DNA of 64,000 bases from Eledone cirrhosa. Its lineage: Eukaryota. The notes below the pieces were generated by a model. The model worked only from the letters and a program-made list of their open reading frames with translations. It ran no database searches and was not told where the DNA came from. Every line of letters starts with the position of its first letter. Position 1 is the first letter of the stretch. The position numbers were made by a program, and so were the translations under genes. The DNA lies in NCBI GenBank assembly GCA_964016885.1, contig OZ024740.1:326058001-326122000 (forward strand), in the 5' to 3' direction. Positions 37,285 through 49,497 of the stretch are shown one piece after another.

Positions 37285-40200
37285 CGTTTTCGTTGGTGGG
37301 AAATAACAACAGGTTGGGTGGTGTAGGTATACTATTTGCTGACAAATGGGTAGATAAGGTAATCTCAGTGAACAGGGTGAACGCAAGAATCATTAAACTT
37401 AGACTAGTCCTGAATAAAACAATTGCTACAATTATATCAGCTTACGCACCCCAATCTGGATTGCCAGACGAACATAAGGATAGGTTTTACGAGTCCTTAA
37501 TGCACACTACTGCCCTAACAAACGACAATAACTTCCTAATCATTGCAGGAGATTTTAACGGACACATTGGGAAACACCATGACAGCTTCTATAGTGTCCA
37601 TGGAGGCTACAGGTTTGGCACAAGAAATGAAGAAGGCTTCAGGCTTCTAGAATTCTGTGACGTCAATATATAACACAAACTTCAAAAAACCCGACAACCA
37701 CCTGATCACCTATAGATCAGGGTAGCATTCTAGTCAGATAGATTTTATCCTTATCAGAGGACGAGATAGGTGGACGATTGTAAACACAAAAGCCTTCCCT
37801 GGTGAGGAATGTATCTCCCAACATAACTTAGTTGTCAGCGATATCATTGTCAGAACTAGAGGAACTTGGAAAAAGAAGTCAACCTGGAGAAGAAATATCT
37901 GGAAGCTGAAAGACTCCTCAGCCGGTAACAGATTTAAAGATATCTTACTCAACACTTATGACAGTAAAGAAGAACAGATTGAGACATTCAATATAGAAGA
38001 ACACTGGGAGTTCCTAAAAAATAACTTACTAAAGGCGACAGACAAGATTTGTGGTTGGAGCAAGACCACAGGGAGAAGGAGAGTAACTTAGTGGTGGAAC
38101 AATAAGGTAAATGAGGCAATTAAGGCTAAGAGACAGGCATGGAAACAATGGAATAACGGGGGAAGCAAGGTACATTACATAGAGACCAGGAAGGAAGCTA
38201 GGCGACAAGTATACTTAGCTAGAAGGGAAGCAGAAGATAAAAGATTCAAGCATGTTTTGCAGCATGAGGACCAGAAACAGGATGTGTTCAGGAATGCAAG
38301 GCAATGTATTAGAGAAAATTGTGATGTCATTGGAGAGAAGTGTGTCCGGAATGATAAAGGTGAGCTTGCCTTCAAAAGTACCAAGAAGAAAGCTGCATGG
38401 AAGCCATTATGAAAGATTACTGAATGAGAATGCATGGGAGAAAAAGACCCTGCCCCAAGTGGACCCTATAGAGGGCCCAGCAATACAAGTCAGCAGCAGT
38501 GTAGCAATTAAGGCAATTAAAGATATGAAGACTGGGAAGACAACTGGTCCATCGAGTGTAGCTGCTGAAATGCTGAAAGAATCTTTGTCTGTAGGTCACA
38601 CCATAACCACACACATTGTTAACCAAGTAATACTAGAGGGTGTCATAGCAAAGGACTGGCGCAGCAGCATCATTATCCACTGTTACAAGGATAAAGGAGA
38701 TGCACTAGATAGAAGAAACTATAGAGGTATAAAGCTGATGGACCAGGTCATGAAAGTAATAGAAAGAGTTATAGCACAGCTGATTAAGGACCAGGTAAAT
38801 CTAGATGAGATGCAGTTGGGGTTTGTGTCAGGCAAAAGCACCACTGATGCTCTCTTCCTTGTGAGGCAGTTACGGGAAAAATACCTAGCTAAAAGTAAAC
38901 CGCTCTACCTGGCATTTGTCGATCTGGAAAAAACCTTCGACAGAGTGCCCCATGCTATAATCTGGTGGGCTCTTAGAAAACTAGGAGTAGATGAATGGTT
39001 TGTGAAGGCTGTACAAGCCATGTATTGGGGAGCAGTCAGCAAAGTTAGGGTTAACAATAACTATAGCAAGGAATTTGGCATACAGGTCGGTGTCCATCAG
39101 GGCTGTTCTTAACCCTCTCCTGTTTATTATCGTATTGCAGGCTATAACAGAGGAGTTTAAGACCGGATGCCTATGGGAACTTCTGTACACGGATGATCTT
39201 ACACTTATAGCTGAATTTATGGTGGAACTAGAGAAGAAATTCCAAACATGGAAGCAGGAACTAGAAAGAAGGGGCCTCAAAGTCAACTTGACAAAGACTA
39301 AGGTCCTCATAAATAGACGAGAAAACAGAACCCAGATCCCCTCAGGGAAATGGCTTTGCTCAATATGTAGGAAAGGTGTAGGTAGGAATTCCATCCTCTG
39401 CCCCAAATGCAAACTATTGGTACACACAGAGTGGGATTTACATATAAGCTAAACAAGCTATAGCTTAGGGCCCCCACTTTCTTGGGGCCCCGAAAAAATA
39501 AAAAAAATAAAAAAACTGTGTACATTTCCAAAATATAAGATAAAAAAGAACTAAAATAATGCAATAGTTTTAAACAGTTTTCTGCTTTAATATTGAACGT
39601 TTTGCAGTTTTTATAACATTTTTTATAACATATAAAGGGCCCCATTATCTCAAATAGCTTAGGGCCTCATCAAATCTAAATCCAGCCCTGGGTACACAAG
39701 AGATGTAGTGGGATCTCAGGAAGTTTAATTAAGAATGTAGTCTTTACATGTAGCAGTTGCACTAGGACAGTAAGCAGCAAACGGCCACAGGAAACAAGCA
39801 CTACCAAATTCTGGGAGGGCTCTGAAGAAATAGTAAACAGCTTCTGCTACCTAGGTGAGGTGTTCTGAAAGTACAGTAACCAGGGTAAGTTCAGGGACCT
39901 ACTACCACTGCTAGCTGCAAAAGACTTTTCCCTCAAAATGAAAGGCAGACTACAAAATGAAAGGCAGACTACAATGTTAGATGGTAGTGAAACCTGGGCG
40001 TTGTGTGCAGAAGACTTGCGTAGATTAGAAAGAAACGAAGCTTGCATGTTCCGGTGGAACATGCAAGCTTCGTTATATACGCGAACAGCAAAGCATAAAC
40101 GGATTCAGAGAGAGACTAAGCATAAGAGGAATCAAATGCTGTGTGCAGGAAAGGAGATTACGTTGGTATGGATATGTGATGCGTATGAAGGATGACAGCT

Positions 40201-40678
40201 TCATAAAAAGGTGCGAAGCACTAACAGTCGATAGAAGCCTTGGAGTGGGGAAACCCAAGAAGACCTGGGACGAGCTGATAAAAGCTGACCTTGCCAATTG
40301 CACCCCTCAAGGGGATGACACAGGACCGAGACCTCTGGCGTTACACAGTAATACGGAAAACCCGACTTCCCACGAGTACAAGCTGAAACTGAAGCATATA
40401 GACAGTATGTACCCCACCCGTCCCACTGTAAAGTGGTCGTGTAGGTGACACGACAGAAAAGCACCGAGTACACTGTAAAGAGGTCGTGTAGGCTCCACGG
40501 TAAAAAAGCACCCAGTACTCACTGTAAATGAGATTGGTGTTAGGAAGGGCATCCAGCTGTAGAAATCAGGCCAAAATCAGTTCTGTATGAGCAAGACATG
40601 GTCACCTGACCTGGCATTGCCCACAACAGGACAACCCGTCTAACCCATGCTAGCATGGAAGAATGATGATGATGATGG
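37285..40678 (+). mobile_element. Near full-length RTE LINE (APE plus RT), disrupted
   Basis: APE motifs GGVGIL, SAYAPQ, GDFNGH and IDFIL; RT FVDLEKTFD and YTDD; 3' UTR and (GAT)n tail. Confidence 0.92.
39427..39690. mobile_element. hAT-type MITE nested in RTE
   Basis: Imperfect TIR CAGAGTGGGATTTA/TAAATCCAGCCCTG; 8-bp TSD GGTACACA at 39419 and 39691; the RTE sequence resumes after it. Confidence 0.88.
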
Positions 40679-41932
40679 TTGCGAGAGAAAAAAACTCATA
40701 TACATCAAGTTATTTCCCTTGCATTAGAGAGTTTGTCATTTCTTTATAATACTAGTAACAAAGAAAAATTAATAACTGTTTTCATTTCTCATAAATTCGC
40801 TTTGTTGCTCAGTACAAGACACTAACAGTTAACCTAATAAGGGTGAACAGAATATAAATTTTATTTTCTAAAGAAAAGAGTGGCAGTTGATTGAAATTTC
40901 CTTGATGAGGTCTTTCAGACAGCTGGAAAAAAGCTGCATCACTGCAACATCAGTCATTGCTATCCTTTCTTCCAGAAACATATATTTAACGCGTATCCCT
41001 GAACGCCGATGGAAAGGCACCCTAAACCCTAATGTGAAATAAATTAGTTAACTCTAAACCTAATTTGGAATATATCGTTCTTTTATATTAATTTATCATG
41101 AAGGAAGGAGCTATTCTGGAGAAACACCTAAAAGGGAAGGCAAAATGTCCTCTTCCCTTTTTTGCAGATGAAAATACTAGTAGTCCGTGAACAAGTAGGA
41201 CAACGGAGGTCTCTTCGGCAACGGTCATATTCCATCAACTCTGTTAAGATCACATTGTAATCTACATTCACCAACCTTCATTGTACATCCAACTAATACA
41301 GAGTACTAGATATATAGCAGCTGAAATACACCGCTGATGTGGTTACATTTTCTCTTTTCTTATCACCTGAAATTTCTACGATACAAAACTGTTTATTTTA
41401 GTGAGTTATATATAAAACCTTCTACCATAATTTTATGAAATAAACTCTCTTGTGTTCAAAACAACAACTAAACAATAGAGTTAATTACAAAATCGCTCCA
41501 AATTTTTCCTTATTTTCAAAATTGTTTAGAAAATATTAGTCTATCTTTTATGAGGAAAGGAATAAAAATGATCCTGTTATAAAATTTGATTCTCTGTTTT
41601 ACTTTGATTTTGTATGTAAATACATTCAACAAATTTCAATTGAATTATACATTGTTTGCAATAAAAATAGAAATGAGGAAAAATTAAATAGTGAAAGTAC
41701 AGGAAAGGTGGGAGGGAGTGGCCGATTACACTCCAGTGTAGGTAGGTGGTTTTCTCCGCGGACAAGATGGCGAAGGCATAACCGCAGAGGACAGCCTCTC
41801 CAATAAGTTACAGTTTTTGTTTTCGACCTACAATAAAATTTAGCAATTTGGTTTTAATTTCTTCTGTAAATCACTATTATATTTGGAGTTTACGTATTTT
41901 AAGATTTTTTCGCTTTCATTGTTTACACAAAA

Positions 41933-42045
41933 CATCGTGGTAAGAGAATTGGATTCGCAATCGTGAAGTTGTCAGTTCTGTTTCCGGACCAAGCGATGCG
42001 TTATGTCCTTGAGCAAGACACTTTATTTCACGTTACTCCTTCTAC
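41933..42045 (+). mobile_element. Second tRNA-derived SINE family, 5' part
   Basis: tRNA-like head followed by GTCCTTGAGCAAGACACTT; related minus-strand remnants near 5130-5250 and 58990-59115. Confidence 0.55.
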
Positions 42046-42462
42046 CTGGAGTTGCGACCGATAGATAGTATTAGCAATTGGAAAGACTAACGGAAACATT
42101 GTTTCCTCTGTCCGATTTGACGAAAGTCGATAGACTCCCGTCTTTATATATATAAGTAAATAATCGAGAATCAGAATTTCAGCCCACGAAATAACGATAA
42201 ACAAACTTCGACATGTGTAGCAGAGGGCTCAATAGTTTGGATGAACCAGAGCTATAACTATCGTTAAAATACCAACACATAAAGACGATGCTTAGAATCA
42301 ATCGCACAGCCGAAAAAAACGACCAGGAAAATTTGGGTCATTCAAATAAAAAATTAATAAATTAATAGATTAAATGAATAGAGAGAGAGAGAGAGAGATT
42401 AAAAACAATTTATTGTCTTGATACACTAGAGAAAAGACGATTGAATAAAGAAAACAAAATAC

Positions 42463-42512
42463 CTCACAGTTGAACGTGTTGTTGAATGAAGAATAATTAC
42501 CAGTATTCTCTA
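42463..42512 (-). promoter_or_regulatory. Predicted non-coding exon 1 of gene B
   Basis: ATTCAACAACACGTTCA...GAG|GTATTTT...TCAATCGTCTTTTCT matches the A and C exon-1/donor regions; donor at 42462. Confidence 0.55.
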
Positions 42513-42852
42513 CAACTTTCATCTAACAAGTTCCACTGCTTGAGTCTCTATGCCATAAGCTCTGCATTGGACTTTGTAGAATTAGGTCCCTGATCAAGTC
42601 ATTGAAGTCTTTTTGGTTAGGGTAGTACGAGCTTTTCTCCTCAGCTACATCTGGTTTGCACTTTCATCTGAAGACAGCTGCTCTTTCTTTGGGGGAGTGG
42701 GTACAGGCAGTTCAGGACTGAGTGGCACTGGGGCGATGGATGACGTAATGTTTGGATATATGATAATAGTCACATTCTTGCCAGCTTGACATTTGGAAGC
42801 GTCCACCATACAGAAGAAACAATTGCTTGAGTGGTCATTTGGTTCTGGCTGT
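42513..42852 (-). mobile_element. Chapaev3-like (CMC) transposase fragment
   Basis: EPNDHSSNCFFCMVD...YPNITSSIAPVP..PELPVPTPP, then YYPNQKDFNDLIRDL and SNAEL...RLKQWNLLDES. Family assigned from recalled motifs. Confidence 0.65.
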
Positions 42853-42859
42853 AACTCTA

Positions 42860-43017
42860 TAATAATTGTTTCTACTATTGGCACAAGGCCAGCAATTACT
42901 CCAGTGCATTATTTTACCGATCCCGTCAGGATGAAAGGCAAAGCTATCCTCGGCGGGATTTGAATTCAGAACGTAAAGAGCCATAAATCTATCCTGCAAA
43001 GCATGGTGTTTGACGCC
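42860..43017 (-). mobile_element. tRNA-derived SINE
   Basis: 4588 family, reverse complement. Confidence 0.8.
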
Positions 43018-43551
43018 AGGGAGGTGTGCGGGACTGTGTCCTTTTTAGATTTTTTTTATCCCGTTAGTAAAATAAGTTGGCTTACTTTGAATAAATAATG
43101 AATGAATATTATATAATTTTGTAACCCGTGATTAAACATAAATAATTTAAAGTGTTGCTTATTTCAAGATTCACTTCTTTTAAGTTTCAAATTTCATTTT
43201 CCGGTATATTGCCACCACTACTACCATATATATATATATATATATAGTATTAGTTATACTATTTATGGTTATGTAAATACAAAGCCTTAAGCAGTTGTAA
43301 GTATTTTACACACACCCTAAATAGTGGTAGGCAGTAATGTATTACTACCTTATTACCAGTAAGTTAAGTAGCTCAATGTAAAAACATCAGATGATTTACA
43401 GAGCAGTTATATGAAATATAAGAATCAAAGAACTGTTCAAAACATTATTGTGCTTACAGCTGTTTCCTCCAAACCGAGGTTTGGATTCTTCGGAGCAATT
43501 TATTAATGCATGGACAGTTATATGACCTCCTTTTCAGCCGAGAGACATACC

Positions 43552-43657
43552 AAATAAATCCTAATCTCTTCATCTTTCTTTTTCACTCTCTCTCTCTATG
43601 TCACATAGTCACTATCTGCATCTCTCTCTCTTGACACACTCTTTCTTTCTCGCTCTG

Positions 43658-43715
<58 letters not shown>

Positions 43716-43821
43716 CAGAGCGAGAAAGAAAGAGTGTGTCAAGAGAGAGAGATGCAGATAGTGACTATGTGACATAGAGAGAGAGAGTGAAAAAGAAAGA
43801 TGAAGAGATTAGGATTTATTT
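43552..43821. repeat. Perfect 270-bp palindrome centred on (TA)9
   Basis: The two arms read as exact reverse complements with no spacer. Confidence 0.9.
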
Positions 43822-43879
43822 CAACACGCTGACGCGTATGTGAAATATATACATTTATATGTATGAGCATATAACTATA

Positions 43880-44072
43880 CTTGTTTCTACTTTTGGCACA
43901 AGGCCAGCAATTATCTCAGTGCATTACTGGTACTTTATTTTATCGACCCCATAAAGATGAAAGGTAAAGTTAACCTCGGCGGGATTTGAACTCAGATCGC
44001 AAAGGGACGTAACTATGCTGGAAAGCATGGCGTCCAACCCTCTACCGATACTGCCAATCCACCGCCCTTGAA
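43880..44072 (-). mobile_element. Full-length tRNA-derived SINE
   Basis: 4588 family; 12-bp TSD CATATAACTATA at 43868 and 44073. Confidence 0.88.
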
Positions 44073-44232
44073 CATATAACTATAATCGCGCAAACACAGA
44101 CACACAAAAATACGCACTCACGGACATACAGTCACACACAGTATCATAGCAGCGTTCGATAAATTTGGAAATGGGAGAGTAAATATGAAGGGTAAACTTT
44201 TTATTTATTTATTCTTAACAATACAGTTTTAA

Positions 44233-44516
44233 ACGGAAAAAATGAAACGAAATTTCATTTCACACTCTTAGTACGGCTGTTACTTAAATATAAGTATGTA
44301 CACGTACATACATATATGTATACAGACGTACAGTAGTATGTATATATATATATATACATGCACACATATATATATATATATACGTATGGATTCACCGAAC
44401 ATTTATTATAATGTTGAACAAACGAGCAGCGATGGTTGCTGGATACTACGGCTTAATACGGGATGTTTGTTTACAAACACACCGAGCATTATAATAAATG
44501 TTCGGTGAATCCATAC

Positions 44517-44597
<81 letters not shown>

Positions 44598-45028
44598 CAT
44601 GTATGTATATATATATACATACTACTGTACATATATGTATGTACGTGTACATACTTATATTTAAGTAACAGCCGTACTAAGAGTGGGAAATGAAATTTCG
44701 TTTCATTTTTTCCGGTTATCGTTTTCGGTGCACCCGGCCGATTAACCCACTCGATATGCAAATTGGGCTACTCAGCTGTTAATATGCATAAGGTAAGTAT
44801 ATACGTTCAACAATCTGGCAGGATTCCTTTGTCAGTGTTGAACAAACGAGCAACGATGGTTACTGGACACTACGGCTTAATACGGGATGTTTGTTTACAA
44901 ACACACCGAACATTATAATAAATGTTCGGTGAATCCATACGTACATATATATATATGTGTGCATGTATGTATATATACATACTACTGTACGTCTGTATAC
45001 ATATATGTATGTACGTGTACATACTTAT
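44233..45028. mobile_element. Unclassified insertion with inverted plus partial-tandem structure
   Basis: 13-bp direct repeat AATACAGTTTTAA at 44220 and 45029; arm 44233-44413 is inverted at 44486-44716; 44836-45028 repeats spacer plus arm. Confidence 0.65.
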
Positions 45029-45096
45029 AATACAGTTTTAACTTTTTTAAAACTAATTTGTTGTTACAGGTTTATTCACAGTTGTATAAAAAAATA

Positions 45097-45282
45097 TAAT
45101 TGTTTCTACTTTTGGCACAAGGCCAGCAATTACTCAGTACATTACTGGTACTTTATTTTATCGACCCCGTAAAGATGAAAGGCAAAGTTAACCTCGACGG
45201 GATTTGAACTCAGACCGTAAAGGGACGTAACTATGCTGGAAAGCATGGCGTCCGACTCTCTACCGATACTGCCAATCCACCA
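45097..45282 (-). mobile_element. tRNA-derived SINE
   Basis: 4588 family, reverse complement. Confidence 0.85.
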
Positions 45283-45284
45283 AT

Positions 45285-45905
45285 GCTTACAGAACGAAAA
45301 AATAAACAATATGTAATATATACAAAGGAAAGGGACAGGGATAAGACAAAAGCAGGTAAGACACACATCCAGGACCACATATAACAAAAGGCAGGCGAAA
45401 GAGGTGGACAAACAAACCGCTGACAGAGCAAAAGATAACAATATAGCGAGTAGCACTGGGAAACCTATAATAATCTTTTAGGCAAGCGAGCACGCTCGCA
45501 GCATTACCTCGGGTGATGGCGAGGCTGAGGTGATAGAACAACCAAGCGCCCTCACGAGCATCACCAGTTACCTCTGTCAGGCGAGCCGCCAGTGAAGCTA
45601 AGAACCTCGCTGTCAGTATCTCGACTCCCCCAACGTCTGGAACGTCACAGGCTGGAAAATGTAGTTAGCCGACAAATCACGGTGTTTTAGGATTGAGTTC
45701 TGTTCAGCTGCGGCTGCTGTAGCTCTCGTCCTCACCGCTGCATCCAGGGTGTGGGAAGAAGCAAAAGAGTCACTAACTGTGACGTTCTAGATAAAGCACC
45801 TGCCTCTTGACCAGGGATACATGGTAAGACCGTCAGGTCTTATCCCATCAATTCTGGACAACCCAGATGGTTCCAAAATTGAGGGGATATTTGCCCGGGC
45901 CAAAT
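45285..45905 (-). mobile_element. CRE/NeSL-type LINE 3' end with restriction-like endonuclease
   Basis: IPSILEPSGLSRIDGIRPDGLTMYPWSRG..NVT and LSLAITRGNAASVL. Confidence 0.75.
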
Positions 45906-45954
45906 GTCCCCTCAATTTGGCAGTGTGTGTATGTGCGCGCGCGTTAGTTTGTCG

Positions 45955-47105
45955 ACGATACATAGGGCAGACAAATTATTTCAGCACATTGTAGTGGATG
46001 TCTATGTGAAAGTAGTGGGATGCAGGTTTCAATAATTGAGGAACTTTGCAAGTGGATGAGTACAATGGATTAATGGATTATCTACAGAGATGAGATGATA
46101 GCACTGAGCCTGGAGTGCCAGTCAATTTACCATCGTCCTTCATTAGTAGCCTAAAAAACATGCATCAATACTTTCAGGATGCTATGACAATTGCTGCCAA
46201 ATATGGCAAGCCATATATTTTCATAACTTATACATGCAACCCTAAAATTCGAAATAATTTAAATGAAAATGAAGCAGCTGAAAACAGACCAGATTTAGTT
46301 GCCCAGGATTTTAAGGCTCAGTTTTCTGAAACGATGAAAGGTATCAAAGAAAGACACATTCTTGGCGTGCCAGTGGCTCATATTTACGTCATTGAGTTCC
46401 CAAAAAGATGTCTTCCTCATTGTCATATGTTGTTCATCTTAAGAAAAGAAGACAAGATAAGAAACAGAGAAGACATTGACAGAATCGTCATTGAAGTTTG
46501 CTCTTCTACAAAAAACGTCAAGTATATTTTCAAATATATGTACAAGGGGCTTGATTGTGTGTCTATAGAAGTAACAAATAATGCATTGCTTAATGATGCT
46601 CAGAACCAACACAACCATGACGAAATAGGAAACTATCTTCGTTGCAGGTATGTGTCTTCAGAAGCAATGTGGCGTCTCTCTGAATTTAAGCATCATGGTA
46701 CATCGCATACAATGTACAGGCAAGCCATACACCTAGAGAACAAACAGCGAGTTTACTTTCAAAGAGGCAATGCTCATGTCGCGGTAGAAATACAGGGACA
46801 CTGAAACACGACCCTTACTTCCTGGTTCAAGCTAAATGAAGAAGACAAAAATGCAAGCAAATACCTGTAATTCCAGAACACTATCTGTTCAATTCAACCA
46901 ACAGAAAACGGATGCCAAGAAGGAACAATAATATGATTAGTTGAATGCACACAGTCAGCCCCGTTGTTGCAAATTTTCATTTAAGAGTATTGTTACTTCA
47001 CGTGCCAGGTACTAGGAGTTTTGAAGAACTACGAACAGTGGAGGGAGAAACATTTCCTACCTTCAAAGAGGCCTGCTTGCGACTTGGTCTTATTGAAAAT
47101 GATTA
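45955..47105 (+). mobile_element. Helitron RepHel fragment (HUH Rep domain), internally deleted
   Basis: LPSSF, FQDAM...GKP.IFITYTCNP, RPDLV, EFPKRCLPHCH, KYIFKYMYKG, EAMWR and LRVLLLHVPG..SFEELRTV...FKEAC. Confidence 0.9.
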
Positions 47106-47304
47106 TTTCGTGACCCAGTCCCAACACATGGCCTTACGCTTTATCCAATGTTGATATCCCCCTACCTTGATCAAGGCCTGTGAAACCGACCGTACAACAG
47201 CCCTCTCACCCTGACACCCAACATCCTTTCCACCCCACAACTCCGGTGACATAACTTCCTTTGCTTCTGCACCCTCTCTTCTGACCCCATCAACTTTCTT
47301 CATG

Positions 47305-47775
47305 AACAGGATTGACATGCGCAGCCGGGTTGGAAGTGATAAAATCAGGTGTAAAATGAGTTGGCTGGAATTTGCAGACGACATGGTATTACTTAACTAG
47401 ACAGAAGGTGATCCCCGAATTGCACTTGATAGGTTTGATGCCGAGTACTGCATGGCTGGAATAAAAATCCGTGCTGCGAAAACTGAGACACTCGTCTTCT
47501 CAAGGAATCCTACGCAGTGCACTCTACATGTGAATGGAGTTCCATTGAAGCAGATGGAGAAGTTCAAGTATCTTGGGGAAAGATTTGCATTGAATGGATT
47601 TGTTTTAGCACCATTTATTCGAACACAAATACTCAGGCATTCATATAGAGACATCGGGGCAACAAGATGCTGATCATCGATCCCATACTCCTGCAGAACC
47701 TTCCACGGCAGGTACCTAGGAATGCGGTCACATTCATTTTCAAGGTATAAAAAAGAATATACCTCTTGGTAATAC
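47305..47775. mobile_element. RTE RT fragment in two opposed pieces (+47305-47580, -47583-47775)
   Basis: FADD...FKYLG on the plus strand; the upstream RT segment DRIPR..WKVLQEYG on the minus strand. Confidence 0.75.
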
Positions 47776-47781
47776 ACTTCT

Positions 47782-47902
<121 letters not shown>

Positions 47903-48474
47903 AACATGGGGAGAAGAATACTGCATGGTTGCACATGGATTACATATTATAAAATTAGTCCCTCATCAGTGATTTGCCAACGATCATTGGTATTTCATCG
48001 CATTAAAAATCATATACCTCAGGTTGGTGCGAGCAATAACTAAAATAAGCTATTGGGACAAGTGAAACGCGTAAAGCGAGTGAGACAAGTAAACAACATA
48101 GAAGGAAAAGCTAACCGAAGATGGGAAGAAAAACAAGCAACATGGTTATCCGATCAGCATAAGCTTGGTGAATTTCATGAGCGCTCAGCAAACAGACCTT
48201 TCGCTGTGAATGGGATGTGAGAAAGAAAGAATCCGACTCCTAGCGAACGGGAGGAAGTGAGAAGGGGAGAAACAGAGAGTGAGTGAGTGGAAGTGCGAGG
48301 AAGAGGTCAGTCGAGAGAAAGTGTTAACTGACAGAGGGGACGAAAGAAGGTAAGAGAAACAGAGAGAACGGGGGAGCAGTAAGAGAGAAACAGATAATCG
48401 CAGTTTAGGTAAATATATGAAAAACATGGGGAGAAGAATACTGCATGGTTGCACATGGATTATATATATATATA

Positions 48475-49044
48475 CTAGCAGTGGTACCTGGCGTTGCACG
48501 GGATAAGGTATTGCGAAATATATAACCGCTTTAGCTAAGCTTAGTATTGCCACAACCACGGCTGACAAAGAAGTAAGCATCTGGTGGTACGTAAGTAAGC
48601 AACACTCTGGCTTAACACGTGAGGAAGAAGTTGTGTGCACTTATCAACTGTTTGGGGAATGAGTGTGAGATTTGTCTTGAGCAAGGATGGCAGCAGACAG
48701 CCAGACATACAGACAGATATTATAAGTAGCGCGTTCTGGACGCAGAGCGATTTGTAGGAAGTGACGTAATGCGGACAGCCAGGCATACAGACAGATATTA
48801 TAAGGGCTCGACGTTATATGTATGTATCTATCTAAAAAAAGAAAGACTAAGAATTATAGAGAGAGATCGCTAAATCACCTGATACGGTCCCTAGGGCATT
48901 GAAAATTTGAAACTTTTTTTGCTCGGAACACTCCCTGAAACATTAGTATTACATGTGTCAAGTTTGAAAACAGTCGGTTGGGTGCTTCTCTAGTTTTAGG
49001 GATTCAAACTCACACACAGACATCCTCAGTTTCATATATATAGA
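48475..49044 (-). mobile_element. Non-autonomous Helitron
   Basis: On the minus strand: A|TCTATATATATG...CCCGTGCAACGCCAGG subterminal GC-rich hairpin...CTAG|T, i.e. TC/CTAG ends in an AT target. Confidence 0.78.
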
Positions 49045-49214
49045 TTACGTGGCTATTTTCCAATAATGTTATATGTCATGCGAAATAGCTTATTCTAAAT
49101 ATGGATGTGATTCGATCAAAAGTAATATTAACTTATTCTTTATGAATGGCAGAGCTTGAATGAAATCAATATTTAGTTAATGACATGATTTTGTCCGTTT
49201 TCTCTTACATAGCG

Positions 49215-49344
49215 CTAATACGCATGATCAACCGGATATTAATGTCATTATACCTCTGTTGTTTTGAATTGAATTACACTGATCCTTAGAATATTTTATT
49301 TAGTATGAAACACAAAATTATTGTAACATAGTCATATTTATCTC

Positions 49345-49385
<41 letters not shown>

Positions 49386-49497
49386 AGAAGGAAAGACTGT
49401 AGGACTGAGGAAGAGGTACAGAATACTAATAATTTACTCCATTCAACAATACGGCAACCATCAGTGATTCCCCACCAATAGCTGTGATTTATACGAG
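49215..49497 (+). promoter_or_regulatory. Predicted promoter and non-coding exon 1 of gene C
   Basis: CTAATACGCATGATCAACCGGATATT and AATAGCTGTGATTTATACGAG|GTATTTT, homologous to gene A; donor at 49498. Confidence 0.6.

Noticed and set aside
21701-39452. Reverse transcriptases as a retron or DGR-like diversifier of the ZF arrays
   Set aside because: They are ordinary disrupted non-LTR retrotransposon RTs with LINE 3' tails; no template/variable repeat pair was found.
4588-45282. tRNA genes suggested by B-box motifs
   Set aside because: All are SINE heads with core, tail and TSDs; no cloverleaf is supportable.
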